NCBI GenBank assembly: GCA_050250855.1
Contig: JBFWNW010000003.1
Coordinates: 145,856 to 209,855, forward strand
DNA: 64,000 bases
From: Candidatus Babeliales bacterium
GTDB lineage: Bacteria > Babelota > Babeliae > Babelales > JACPOV01
Direction: 5' to 3'
Part shown: piece by piece, positions 36,878-47,122 of the stretch
Numbering within the stretch: the first letter of the stretch is position 1
Layout: every line of letters begins with the position of its first letter
Program-made: the position numbers and the translations under genes
The notes under the pieces: model-generated
Databases searched by the model: none
What the model was told of the DNA's origin: nothing
What the model saw: the letters and a program-made list of their open reading frames with translations, nothing else

Positions 36878-36982
36878 CAAAAAATCCCCTAGACTTAATT
36901 CATTCAAAAACAGTTTAGCTACAAAAATAGCCTTCCAAAGCAAATCTGGAAGGCTATAATTTATTAGTTCATCATAACAAAC

Positions 36983-38365
36983 TTAACAAATAACTTCTTT
37001 GCGTTTGATTGCAGTATTATACGTACGAGCAACGTACACCGCAATAAAGAACCAAACACCAATAAGCCCTAGAGAAATTACAGAACTTACTACAATAAAC
37101 CATGCGGCACCATCAAGATATCCTTGGTTCTTGATGAAGAGGCCACGATAGTCATTGATATATGAACCTGCAGCTTTTGAACCGCGAGAACCAAACATCT
37201 CAATCCATGCTTGAGATTTATATTTAGTATCCGTTGAAGTTGGAATATAAAGCTGCTTTAAAGTTGGTTGATTTAATGCATAGTTAACCGCTTTTGCAAT
37301 TACCATGATCCAGAACACTATTGATAAACTTGGATCCGCATAAAGAACAAATACTGCTGTACCCACCAAAAGAGGCATCAATACTAATGAAGCAGTCATA
37401 CCCATTTTACGTTGAATATTGTTAATACCAAAAATAACACACAAGGTAGCTACTACGCCAGTCATCACTGCATAATTATTTAAATATTCAGCATGATCAA
37501 TTTCAATCGGGAATGCAGCTTTTGACATAGCTTTAAGCAAGAAGTCAAAAATGGTAACAATTACTTCGTAAATAGAAACAACTAAGAAAATACCAAGCAA
37601 ATATGGCTGTGTTAAAAGAAGCTTTAAGCCCTCCCAGAAGCCAGGCTCTTCACCTTCGCGTTTTGCAGCTGTGTCTTTTGATTCAAAACCTTTTAGCTGT
37701 CTTTTTGGTGTTGTCTTTAAGAATAGCCACATTAAGAATGCCATACCAAAACAAAAAACACCTACAATAGCAATAATAGGGCTACTGTTTGCAAAACCTA
37801 AACGCTTTGCACGCAAGAAGTATGGCCCAAAAATATTACCCATTTGACCTAGCAATGCAATAATAGGAAAACCACGTCTTGCAGAATCTTCCGGCGTAAT
37901 ATCAACAGTAATCGCCCAAAAGAGCGCTACAATTAATGAACCAAAGCTTTCTACAAATACATACCACAACCAACCAATGATTCGTGTTGAATCAGTTGTA
38001 GTATTTGGCAAGCCGTATACAGGATGGCTTAGATAGTATGCAAAGACTAAGCTTGCGATACCATAAAAAACGGTCAATACATAGAAAAGCTTTTGACGTG
38101 GAAACATGTCAATCAATTTGCTATAGATAATTACCAAAGGAACGATGATAAGCAAAGAAAGCCACTTTGCGCGAGGTTGCCAGTCAACACCCACAATAGC
38201 TGCAAAGATACTATCTTTTATCGGACGGAACGCCCAGTAAGAACCAATAATAAGACCAAAAATAGCACCTAAGAAAAGAAATTTTTGCAACTCTTCTCTA
38301 CTCTCAAACTCACCCCACATTGAAGTGGCAAAACTTTTTAAACGAGAAACAACACCGTTTAACAT
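36983..38365 (-). CDS. NTT/TLC-family nucleotide translocase, paralog 3
   Basis: 460 aa. WGEFESREELQKFLFLGAIFGLIIGSYWAFRPIKDSIF closely parallels paralog 1. KSQAWIEMFGSR. Confidence 0.85.
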   Translation of the reverse strand: MLNGVVSRLKSFATSMWGEFESREELQKFLFLGAIFGLIIGSYWAFRPIKDSIFAAIVGVDWQPRAKWLSLLIIVPLVIIYSKLIDMFPRQKLFYVLTVFYGIASLVFAYYLSHPVYGLPNTTTDSTRIIGWLWYVFVESFGSLIVALFWAITVDITPEDSARRGFPIIALLGQMGNIFGPYFLRAKRLGFANSSPIIAIVGVFCFGMAFLMWLFLKTTPKRQLKGFESKDTAAKREGEEPGFWEGLKLLLTQPYLLGIFLVVSIYEVIVTIFDFLLKAMSKAAFPIEIDHAEYLNNYAVMTGVVATLCVIFGINNIQRKMGMTASLVLMPLLVGTAVFVLYADPSLSIVFWIMVIAKAVNYALNQPTLKQLYIPTSTDTKYKSQAWIEMFGSRGSKAAGSYINDYRGLFIKNQGYLDGAAWFIVVSSVISLGLIGVWFFIAVYVARTYNTAIKRKEVIC

Positions 38366-38800
38366 AAAAATGGAACCTTTCCTTTAAACAAAGGGAAATA
38401 AATGTAACACGTCCGAACACGATTTCACCAAGGATTGTAGCAAAAGATTAAGCATTTGTAAAAATATTTACTCTTTTAAGGCCATAAAAAGCACTTTTTA
38501 ACGCAAAAATCACAACAACCCTGCCTACAAAACCCTCTTTCCTATTTTTTCATAAAAACACCTCCTTAAAGATACAAAACAGCCTAATTACTTGGAATTT
38601 TCACGTTATTATTAAGTTTACTATTCTCTTAATATTTGGTAAAATTTTAGTAGCATAAAAATGGAGGATTTTACCTACTTTTAGAGAAAAAACAGGTTCA
38701 AAGAGCCCTTATAGACAAGCCCATTTGACCAAAATAGAAATTTTTAATAAAATTATACCAAGAGCTAGTTTCAAATAGAAAATTAAGTGAGGAATGCCCT

Positions 38801-41233
38801 ATGAATTCAGAAATTATTAACCAACAGCCCCTGCACCAACCCCCTCTGCACAATATGCTACCTCTTTTACCGCTTAAAAATGTAGTCATATTGCCTAAGA
38901 CTATCGTGCCTATAATTGTTGGACGAGAGATTTCTGTAAAGGCTGTGGAAGAGGCATTAAGAGGTGATGGCTCTATTTTTATCTCCACTCAAAAGGATGG
39001 CGAGGTAGAAAACCCTACCCAAAAAGATGTTTTTGAGTATGGTATACGTGCCACTATCCTTCAGGTTCCCAAAGAAGAACAACGCCGTTATAATGGTATG
39101 TTTAAAATCTTGGTAGAAGGCCTTTCTCGAGCAAAAATAGTAAGCTCTCATGTTGAAAATGGCTTTATTATGGTTACCTGCCAAGACCTTCCTACAACAA
39201 ATCTAGAGCTTTCTACCCATATGCAGGCATTATGGCGCTATGCAAAAGGACTCTATGAAAGCTATGCTCGTCTTAATGAAAAAATCCCCGCCGATTTAAT
39301 GAGCTTGGCAAAAACAGCAGAAGATATGGATACTATTGCAGATACTATTGCTGTTCATTTAAATCTTTCTTTTTTTGATCGCCAAGAACTTGTTGAAACA
39401 GTTGATCTTAAAGAACGTTTAACAAAACTTAGCAAATTCTTAGCACAAGAAATCGAAATTCTTGAAACAGAAAAACGTATTAAAGGCCGCGTTCAAAATC
39501 AGGTTGAAAAAAATCAACGTGAATATTATTTAACAGAACAAATTAAAGCTATCCAAAAAGAGCTTGGCCGTGATGATCATCAACATGATATTAATGAAAT
39601 TCGTGCAAAAATAAAAACGCTTGGCTTGCCAGAAGAAGTCTATGAAAAGACAGAAAAAGAGTTAAAGCGCTTAGATCAGATGCCACCTCTTTCTGCTGAA
39701 GCAGTTGTTTCTCGTAACTATGTTGACTGGGTAATTTCATTACCATGGAATAAACAAAGTAAAGATCGCATTAGCTTGGCCCAAGCCGAAAAAATTTTAA
39801 ATCAAAAACATGCAGGCTTAAGCAAAGCAAAAGAACGTATTATCGAGTTCTTGGCTGCAAAAAAATATTCTAAATCGTTAGAACGCTCCCCTATTATTTG
39901 CCTTGTAGGAGCTCCAGGTGTTGGTAAAACATCACTTGCTTCTTCTATTGCAGAAAGTTTGGGGCGTGAATTTGTACGTATCTCTTTAGGTGGTATTCGC
40001 GATGAAGCTGAAATTCGTGGTCATCGCAGAACCTATATTGGTGCATTACCAGGAAAAATTTTACAAGCCATGCGTAAAGCAAAAACAGTAAACCCAGTTA
40101 TTTTGCTTGATGAGATTGATAAAATGACCCGTGATATTCATGGTGATCCTGCTGCCGCATTACTTGAGGTACTTGACCCAGAACAAAACAAAAATTTTGT
40201 AGATCATTTTCTTGAAGTTGAATATGACCTTTCAAAGGTTATGTTTATTGCTACTGCCAATATGATTGATACTATTCCGTTACCGCTTTTTGACCGTATG
40301 GAAATTATCACGTTACCTGGTTATATCGACGAAGAAAAAGTTACCATCGCTCGAAAATTCTTGATCCCTAAAGGACTTAAAGAACACAGTTTGGATGCTC
40401 ATGCTTTTAAAATAAGCGATGAGCTTTTAGAGCATCTTGTTTCTTATTACACGCGAGAAGCTGGGGTCCGTCAGCTAGAACGAGTTTTAAATAAACTTAT
40501 GCGCAAAGTTATTCAAGAACTACTCAACAAACCAGAAAAAAAATCGGTCGCTATAACTAAAGAGTTGATTGTTGAGTGGCTTGGCTATCAAAAATACAAA
40601 AAAACATCACTTGACCATTCAAAAGATCGCTGTGGACTTGCTACAGGACTTGCTTGGACAGAAGTTGGTGGTGATATTTTAGAGATTGAATCTACCGTGC
40701 TTCCTGGCAAAGGTAATGTAACCCTAACAGGACAGCTTGGTGAAGTAATGCAAGAATCTGCTCAGGCAGCATTAAGCTATATTCGCTCTCGCTCAGCTGC
40801 ACTTGGAATTAATGCTTCGTTCCACTCAAATAAGGACATTCACGTTCATTTACCAGAAGGTGCAACCCCTAAAGATGGCCCATCTGCTGGTATTACCATG
40901 TGTGCGGCTTTAGTTTCTATGCTTACTAAAAACCCTACCAAAGCGGCTGTTGCCATGACAGGTGAAATAACCTTGCGTGGCCGCGTATTGGCAGTTGGTG
41001 GCCTTAAAGAGAAACTTTTAGCTGCTCAACAACATGGGATGAAAACCGTTCTTGTTCCTAAAGAAAATGAAGATGACATTAATGAAATGTCTAAAGAAGT
41101 GAAAACTAGCCTTTCTATCATCTTTGTTGAAAATATGGATGAAGTACTTAAGCATGCATTGGTTAATGACCCTTTCATTCTTAAGCCAAAAAGAAAAAGA
41201 AAAAAAAGAACTAAAAAGAAAAGTAAGAAGTAA
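38801..41233 (+). CDS. lon: ATP-dependent Lon protease
   Basis: LON N-domain. Walker [10 protein letters not shown]. Catalytic-serine motif [20 protein letters not shown]. Polybasic C-terminal tail. Confidence 0.93.
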   Translation: MNSEIINQQPLHQPPLHNMLPLLPLKNVVILPKTIVPIIVGREISVKAVEEALRGDGSIFISTQKDGEVENPTQKDVFEYGIRATILQVPKEEQRRYNGMFKILVEGLSRAKIVSSHVENGFIMVTCQDLPTTNLELSTHMQALWRYAKGLYESYARLNEKIPADLMSLAKTAEDMDTIADTIAVHLNLSFFDRQELVETVDLKERLTKLSKFLAQEIEILETEKRIKGRVQNQVEKNQREYYLTEQIKAIQKELGRDDHQHDINEIRAKIKTLGLPEEVYEKTEKELKRLDQMPPLSAEAVVSRNYVDWVISLPWNKQSKDRISLAQAEKILNQKHAGLSKAKERIIEFLAAKKYSKSLERSPIICLVGAPGVGKTSLASSIAESLGREFVRISLGGIRDEAEIRGHRRTYIGALPGKILQAMRKAKTVNPVILLDEIDKMTRDIHGDPAAALLEVLDPEQNKNFVDHFLEVEYDLSKVMFIATANMIDTIPLPLFDRMEIITLPGYIDEEKVTIARKFLIPKGLKEHSLDAHAFKISDELLEHLVSYYTREAGVRQLERVLNKLMRKVIQELLNKPEKKSVAITKELIVEWLGYQKYKKTSLDHSKDRCGLATGLAWTEVGGDILEIESTVLPGKGNVTLTGQLGEVMQESAQAALSYIRSRSAALGINASFHSNKDIHVHLPEGATPKDGPSAGITMCAALVSMLTKNPTKAAVAMTGEITLRGRVLAVGGLKEKLLAAQQHGMKTVLVPKENEDDINEMSKEVKTSLSIIFVENMDEVLKHALVNDPFILKPKRKRKKRTKKKSKK

Positions 41234-41321
41234 AAAAAACTAAAAATTTTTATTTACTTCTTTTTCTCAAGAGTATTATATTCATTTCCAGTACAAGAAT
41301 TTATTTTGTATAAAAAAGGAT

Positions 41322-42554
41322 ATGAATATGAAAAAAAAGATAGTACTATTTTCTTTTTGGTTACTGTTAGCGCATAATGCTTTAGGTTCAAAAAATATAT
41401 TTTTTGATGCAATCAGCGCATTCTTTTCTCCAAAAAAACCACTCACCGTTATTGTCTATATGGCTGCGCGAAATGATTTACATTCTTTTATATTTGATGA
41501 TCTTTCAGAAATGGAGAAAGTTGGCTCAACCAGTTACCTTAATATCTTAGTATATTTAAATGCATTATCACCAGAGCAAGAAAAAATAACACGTAAACTG
41601 GTAATTCATAAAGGACATACTACGCAATATGGTCCTGATAAAAGCAAAGATAGTGGCGATGCACAAACTGTTATTGATGCCTGCAAGTGGGCTATTAAAC
41701 ATTATCCTTCAGATCAATTTGTTCTTATTTTCTGGAACCATGGTTCTGGCTCACTTAATAGAAACCCTCGTAGCGTATGTTACGATGATGCTACAGGAAA
41801 TTACTTAACCGATTATGACATTAAATTTGCCCTTAAAGAAGTAACTAGACTCTTAGGTAAAAAAATTGACATCGTTGCTTTTGATGCATGCTTAATGGCA
41901 GATCTTGAAATCGCATACATGTTAAGAGAATACGCTCAGTACATCGTAGCATCTCAAGAATTAGTTCCTGGAAAAGGATTTGGCTATGATCTTATATTCG
42001 AATATCCAGCTTCTCATCGCGTTAATTCTTATGAATTAGCAAAAATTATGGTGCATGCTTTTGAAAAAGAATATATCAATGAAACACAAGAATACACACT
42101 CTCTGCTCTTAATCTATCAAAAATTGATGGCATCACTATGAATAATAATAGGATAGCAGAACTACTGACTCGAGCGCTAGAAACAAAAGATTCAAATGTC
42201 GCCCTCATTGCTGCTGCTCTTGCTGAGTGTACCTGCTTTGATAAAAAATATATGGACTTGTATCATTTTTACCAAAACATACAAAAACTTCTAACGCAGT
42301 TTAACCTCAGCGCTCCTGATAAAAAAAATCTTAATGAACTTCTTGAGGAAGGATTTGACCTTATCAAACGAGCTACGGTTGATTATGTTCATGGCAACTT
42401 ATATCCAAATTCCCATGGACTTTCTCTCTATTTTGATCCTATTGCTATGGATAGCACCTATCCAACAACATTATGGGCTCAAGATACGCATTGGATAAAA
42501 TTTCTCACAACCTACTATGCCATGAAAACTAATCCTGCTGTTCAACCTGCTTGA
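41322..42554 (+). CDS. Secreted clostripain-like cysteine peptidase (family C11)
   Basis: Signal peptide. VYMAARNDL. Catalytic dyad context is FWNHGSG (His) and VAFDACLMA (Cys). The start may be the ATG at 41328. Confidence 0.7.
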   Translation: MNMKKKIVLFSFWLLLAHNALGSKNIFFDAISAFFSPKKPLTVIVYMAARNDLHSFIFDDLSEMEKVGSTSYLNILVYLNALSPEQEKITRKLVIHKGHTTQYGPDKSKDSGDAQTVIDACKWAIKHYPSDQFVLIFWNHGSGSLNRNPRSVCYDDATGNYLTDYDIKFALKEVTRLLGKKIDIVAFDACLMADLEIAYMLREYAQYIVASQELVPGKGFGYDLIFEYPASHRVNSYELAKIMVHAFEKEYINETQEYTLSALNLSKIDGITMNNNRIAELLTRALETKDSNVALIAAALAECTCFDKKYMDLYHFYQNIQKLLTQFNLSAPDKKNLNELLEEGFDLIKRATVDYVHGNLYPNSHGLSLYFDPIAMDSTYPTTLWAQDTHWIKFLTTYYAMKTNPAVQPA

Positions 42555-43218
42555 CATGATTAAGCATAGTTGAAACTGTTTGGTCTAAGGTAAGGTTAGA
42601 ATTATCAACAACATATGCATTTTTAGGAATGGTCAAGGGCGCAATATCGCGCTCTTGATCTCGCGTATCTCGCTCTTCAATCTGAGCTTCAGCATCTTTC
42701 AGCGTTATAGCATTGCCATAGGATTTTTGTAATTCTTGTAATCTGCGAGCTCGTTCAGCAAGAGCTGCCGTTAAATAAAACTTGATCTCCGCAGCATCAA
42801 AAACTACAGAACCGCTATCACGTCCTTCAACTACAACGTCACGTTGTTTAATGCATTCACGTTGCATGAGATTTAAAGCATCTCTAACATCTTTATTGGC
42901 AGCAATAATAGATGCACCCTGAGAAACTAAATCACTTTTTAAAAATGGCGTGATATCTTGATTACCATAAATAACTTTTCCACAATTAGTTTGATCTAGG
43001 CAATATTGAAATTTTTGTGGATCAAGAGCATCACGTATATCATCGGCATTCAAATGTTCTAATGTTTCTTTTGAATACCCATAAAAATTCAACAATATAT
43101 AAGCAAGTGCGCGATATAAATAACCGCTACTCAAACAATAGAAATTAAGATCTTTTGCTAATTTTTGTGCAACAGATGATTTACCACTTGCAGTGGGACC
43201 ATCAATAGTAATAATCAC
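42529..43218 (-). CDS. cmk: Cytidylate kinase
   Basis: IITIDGPTASGKSS P-loop. GTG start overlapping the recJ stop (GTGA). Confidence 0.88.
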   Translation of the reverse strand: MIITIDGPTASGKSSVAQKLAKDLNFYCLSSGYLYRALAYILLNFYGYSKETLEHLNADDIRDALDPQKFQYCLDQTNCGKVIYGNQDITPFLKSDLVSQGASIIAANKDVRDALNLMQRECIKQRDVVVEGRDSGSVVFDAAEIKFYLTAALAERARRLQELQKSYGNAITLKDAEAQIEERDTRDQERDIAPLTIPKNAYVVDNSNLTLDQTVSTMLNHVKQVEQQD

Positions 43219-44954
43219 GGTAAATCCTTATTTGTTGTAAGCGCACAATCGACACCTAGTAATTCTACGCTTGTTTTTCCTTGCCAATGATTTTCTGTTA
43301 CATGAACAGCTATATCAAAGCTTTCTTGTTGTTGTTGTTTGAAGAATTCAAATAATTCTGGACGATTAAAAAAAACAAGTGGTTTTATAATACCATCAGC
43401 AAACACTGAACATTTGACATGTACATCTTTAAGAAGCACTGGCTCTTGCACTATGCTTACCTCTTTTACATGAAAAACTGGTTGAGGATTCTCATTACCA
43501 AATGGTTCTAAATGTCGTAAATCTTGTACCAATTTTTGCGTAACATCAGAGAGCGGCAAATCAGCATCAATAACAATTTTTTGCTGTAAATCAAAAGGAT
43601 CAAGTTTTTCCTGCACCATGTCTTCTAAATGTTTCTTTAAAAGCGGCACATTATCCAAAGAAAGCGCTAAGCCTGCTGCCAGTGAGTGGCCGCCAAATGA
43701 ATCAAGCAATGATGATGCACTCTGTAAAGCATCAAACATATTAAACTCTGGAATAGATCTACAAGAACCTTTTGCTTTTCCATCGCTGGTAATGTGAAAT
43801 AGTATGGTAGGCTTACCATATGCACTTACCAAACGCGAAGCTACAAGACCTATAACACCGGGAGGCCATTGCTTACTTGCTGCAATAATAACATTTTCAT
43901 GCTCAAGATTAATTTTCTTTGATTCAATCTGTGTTACAACGTCTGCAAAAATACCACGCTCAATCTCTTTACGCGCCTGATTCAATTCTAAAAGAACGGT
44001 ACCAACCTGATCAATTTCTTTATAATCAGAGCCTATAAGAAATTTTACTCCCTGCCGAGGATCTTCTAATCTACCAAGAGCATTAAGCTGCGGCGCTATA
44101 GAAAAGCCAATATCAGTTGCTGATAAAATCGATCGCGTTACATTTCCATTCTTTTTTAAGACTTTAAAAGCATAACTTTCCATTTGATTAATATACTGCA
44201 AGCCATAACGAACCCAGTAACGATTTTCCCCTTTTAAAGGAACAACATCCGCTATAGTTCCTAGAAGTAATAACTCTATTGCCTTTGGTGGAATAGGTTT
44301 TTGCAACGTTTCATATAACAAAGCAATAAGTTTAAAGGTAACGCCTACACCGGCCAAACTTTTGAAAGGATAAGGGCAATCGGCTTGATTAGGATTAACA
44401 ACAGCAAATGCTGTTGGAATATGATCATGAGGGCGATGGTGATCGGTAATAATAAGATCCATTCCTAAATCTAATGCTCGCTTGGCAGGTTCAAAAGCAG
44501 TAATGCCATTGTCTACGGTAATAATAACTTTATACCCATTTTGTGCAGCACGTTCAACAACTTTGGTAGAAAGTCCATAACCATCTTTCACGCGATGTGG
44601 TAAATAAAAATTAATTAAAGCACCTAATGGCTGCAATGCCAACATCATTAAGGATGAAGATGTAATGCCATCAACATCATAATCCCCAAAAACTAGTATT
44701 TTTTCATTATGTTTTATGGCATGCAAAATACGCTCAACAGCCTTTTGAGCATCTTTTAATAAGGAAGGATGCGCAACGTCTCTTTCTAATGAAGTAAAAA
44801 GAAAAGAGTCGATGGCTTGCGTTGTTTCATAACCACGGGTAAATAATGTTTGTGCTACTGCTGATGAAATATTGTATGAGCTTGCACAATCAATAATCTT
44901 TTTTGGGTCACCTTGAGCTAGGCGCCATGCATATTTTTTACCTTGAAGATACAT
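43215..44954 (-). CDS. recJ: Single-stranded-DNA-specific exonuclease RecJ
   Basis: DHH motifs (FGDYDVDG, ITVDNG, ITDHH) and DHHA1 motif GGHSLAAG. Confidence 0.9.
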   Translation of the reverse strand: MYLQGKKYAWRLAQGDPKKIIDCASSYNISSAVAQTLFTRGYETTQAIDSFLFTSLERDVAHPSLLKDAQKAVERILHAIKHNEKILVFGDYDVDGITSSSLMMLALQPLGALINFYLPHRVKDGYGLSTKVVERAAQNGYKVIITVDNGITAFEPAKRALDLGMDLIITDHHRPHDHIPTAFAVVNPNQADCPYPFKSLAGVGVTFKLIALLYETLQKPIPPKAIELLLLGTIADVVPLKGENRYWVRYGLQYINQMESYAFKVLKKNGNVTRSILSATDIGFSIAPQLNALGRLEDPRQGVKFLIGSDYKEIDQVGTVLLELNQARKEIERGIFADVVTQIESKKINLEHENVIIAASKQWPPGVIGLVASRLVSAYGKPTILFHITSDGKAKGSCRSIPEFNMFDALQSASSLLDSFGGHSLAAGLALSLDNVPLLKKHLEDMVQEKLDPFDLQQKIVIDADLPLSDVTQKLVQDLRHLEPFGNENPQPVFHVKEVSIVQEPVLLKDVHVKCSVFADGIIKPLVFFNRPELFEFFKQQQQESFDIAVHVTENHWQGKTSVELLGVDCALTTNKDLP

Positions 44955-45004
44955 AAAAACCTTCTACATAATAGTATTTTGCTATTAAGTATGCTCTTTT
45001 TATT

Positions 45005-45040
45005 AAAAAATTAAAGCCCCCTGATTTTCAGAGGGCTTTT
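45005..45040 (-). terminator. Rho-independent terminator after the cPLA2-like gene
   Basis: Stem aaagccccctg (45013-45023) pairs with cagagggcttt (45029-45039), with 1 mismatch. A T-rich run follows on the minus strand. Confidence 0.6.
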
Positions 45041-45061
45041 AACACACAAAAAATATAGTCG

Positions 45062-46954
45062 TTATGCTGCTGGATTAAGACGTCGCTTCATCCACGTTTT
45101 AAGAGCTTCTTTATTTGCTATAAGATTATTACCCGCCAACGCAGAAAGTTCATTAAATGTTTTCTTGCCATACCCAAAGTTAAAAGTATTGCATTCACTT
45201 TCTTTTACGCAAGCCTGCGGATCAAAAGTAGCCACTGTATCAAATAATCCCGCAGTTTTTAATACTGCATCATCTTTCATATAGTTAACATATATAATTA
45301 AAGGAGGCTTGACTGAAGGATAATCTTTATAATTATTTTGCGGCTCAAATACCTTAAATGTTTTATTATCAACTACTTTATTATAGGTAATACCATAAAA
45401 ACTTTGAACGTCTTTAAGGCCAAGAACAAGCTCACTGTCATCACCATTTGGTTTATCAACAACATTGGCAGAAGCATCACCAACGATAATAATATCTATT
45501 TTGCGCTCTGGTCTAAAGAGTGGACGTATTGGAATATTATAAGAAAGACCTGCGTCAACTAAGGTTAAATAATCATATTGTTGCAAGGCAGAAGAGGCTT
45601 GCGCAAAACCTTTAAAAGGATTAAATACTTGTGCTGGTGAAATACGCTGAGGAACTTCTAATCGTTTTTTTCTTATATCCAGTTTATACTCACCTGTTGC
45701 AGCCCATGCTCTGACTAATCGTGAGCCAGCATAATCTTTGGCATCGTTAAATACTTTTTCAATATCGCCTTTTGCTAAATTCTTAGCCCCTTTTTTAATA
45801 AGGTTTGCAAAATCTTGCACTTCTTTTTTTGCCTTATCAAGCACACTTTTATTCTTTGCGTCCTCAGCCTCCATACTTGGAAACATAAGATTAGCAATTG
45901 ATTGAGCATTAATCGTATATGCAGAACCAAAAATTCCCATTAAAAACCCAAAACTTTGACCTGCAGAGAATTTACCTGTCCCTTTAGAAAATTTAGTACC
46001 AAATGCCCATGATGGGAAGAAAAGACTTTCTTCCAAATTTCTTACCTCTTCTGGATTAAATTCATACCAATGATAGGTAAAATCACGCGGCACTGCACCA
46101 TCACGTATACCAGCAGCAGTATAAATTGGCCATGGCGTATTACCGGTACTAACAAGAGGCAACTGAGAAAAAATTCTTTGTTGATGACGAGCCTCTCCTT
46201 TTTGAGCTAACAAATAATGAGAAAGAACACCGCCATAAAGATCTACCGATGTTATGGTTTGTCCAAATATAATTTTTGGCCAAAGAATGTTTGCATTAAA
46301 ATTTGAAAAATTAAAATCAGTAAGTGCATCTTTCTTTGTTGCTATATCAAAATGGTTTGTATCTATCTTTCTTACCAAAAGAGCATTAAACTCCGATGGG
46401 GTCAAAGGCATTAATTGTGCTGGTTGTATCACCCCACGAATACGCGGTCTAAAACCACCTGTTTTGCTTTCTAATAACCAAGGCCCCAAATACCATGTTG
46501 AACCAGATAACGCAGAAACATATAAAATAGAGTTTAAAATACCTAATTTTTCTAATGCTTCCATCCACCCTGCTGTTGCAATCATAGCACGATAGCCGCC
46601 ACCACTAAATGCACATGCCACATTTAAATCTTGCTTAACGGTTTCCCCTAAAAACGCAGAAAGAGCTTGTTGGGCTTTAGCTCGTCTTTTTGTTAAAAAT
46701 GATCTCTCAGCTGCGCTCATTTGATTATTTTTTGCAACATACGCTGTTTGATTTCTGTAAGGATAATCAGGATCGGTAGACTTCATATTATCAGTATAAA
46801 ATTTGGTAAAACTGGGCAAACTAAATAGTTGCCAAAATTCTGCCATACGCGTTTGTATGCTTTTGGTGAATTCTGTTATAGAGCTAAAATCTTTTGCTCC
46901 ATACAATGCATTGCTCACGAGCAACATAGCTAATAATATCTTTTTCTTCTGCAT
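45062..46954 (-). CDS. Secreted eukaryote-type cytosolic-PLA2/lysophospholipase-like enzyme (PLA2_B domain)
   Basis: Signal peptide. SGGGYRAM (oxyanion/Arg), YVSALSGSTWY (nucleophile Ser, codon about nt 46505-46507) and LVDAGLSYNIP (Asp) parallel human cPLA2-alpha SGGGFRAM, GLSGSTWY and VDSGLTFNLP. Confidence 0.8.
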   Translation of the reverse strand: MQKKKILLAMLLVSNALYGAKDFSSITEFTKSIQTRMAEFWQLFSLPSFTKFYTDNMKSTDPDYPYRNQTAYVAKNNQMSAAERSFLTKRRAKAQQALSAFLGETVKQDLNVACAFSGGGYRAMIATAGWMEALEKLGILNSILYVSALSGSTWYLGPWLLESKTGGFRPRIRGVIQPAQLMPLTPSEFNALLVRKIDTNHFDIATKKDALTDFNFSNFNANILWPKIIFGQTITSVDLYGGVLSHYLLAQKGEARHQQRIFSQLPLVSTGNTPWPIYTAAGIRDGAVPRDFTYHWYEFNPEEVRNLEESLFFPSWAFGTKFSKGTGKFSAGQSFGFLMGIFGSAYTINAQSIANLMFPSMEAEDAKNKSVLDKAKKEVQDFANLIKKGAKNLAKGDIEKVFNDAKDYAGSRLVRAWAATGEYKLDIRKKRLEVPQRISPAQVFNPFKGFAQASSALQQYDYLTLVDAGLSYNIPIRPLFRPERKIDIIIVGDASANVVDKPNGDDSELVLGLKDVQSFYGITYNKVVDNKTFKVFEPQNNYKDYPSVKPPLIIYVNYMKDDAVLKTAGLFDTVATFDPQACVKESECNTFNFGYGKKTFNELSALAGNNLIANKEALKTWMKRRLNPAA

Positions 46955-47122
46955 ATAATCTCCTCTTTTTTATACAGAAAACTTTGTTCTAACAACACCT
47001 TGGAGTATAAAAGGTAGCGTGCAAAAAAAGCAACATTTTAAAAATAACAAATCAACTATTGCTCTTTATAAAATTAACACGCTATACTGCGTACAAAAAT
47101 GAAATAGTAAGGAGATTAAGGA

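Noticed and set aside
38366-38800. 435-nt divergent intergenic region between an NTT gene and lon, scanned for CIRCE or sigma-32 heat-shock elements
   Set aside because: I found no TTAGCACTC-N9-GAGTGCTAA inverted repeat and no convincing CTTGAAA/CCCCAT pair. There are only AT-rich promoter-like strings, which are not specific in this genome.
38698-38988. 96-aa minus-strand ORF overlapping the lon start
   Set aside because: It overlaps the lon 5' end and promoter region and has no recognisable features. The lon start has a good GAGGAA RBS.
41180-41233. Polybasic C-terminal tail of Lon ([16 protein letters not shown]) as a possible eukaryotic nuclear localisation signal
   Set aside because: Lys-rich tails also occur on S2, TolA and small proteins in this window. 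They are expected from AT-rich (AAA/AAG) compositional drift, and there is no independent evidence that Lon is exported.
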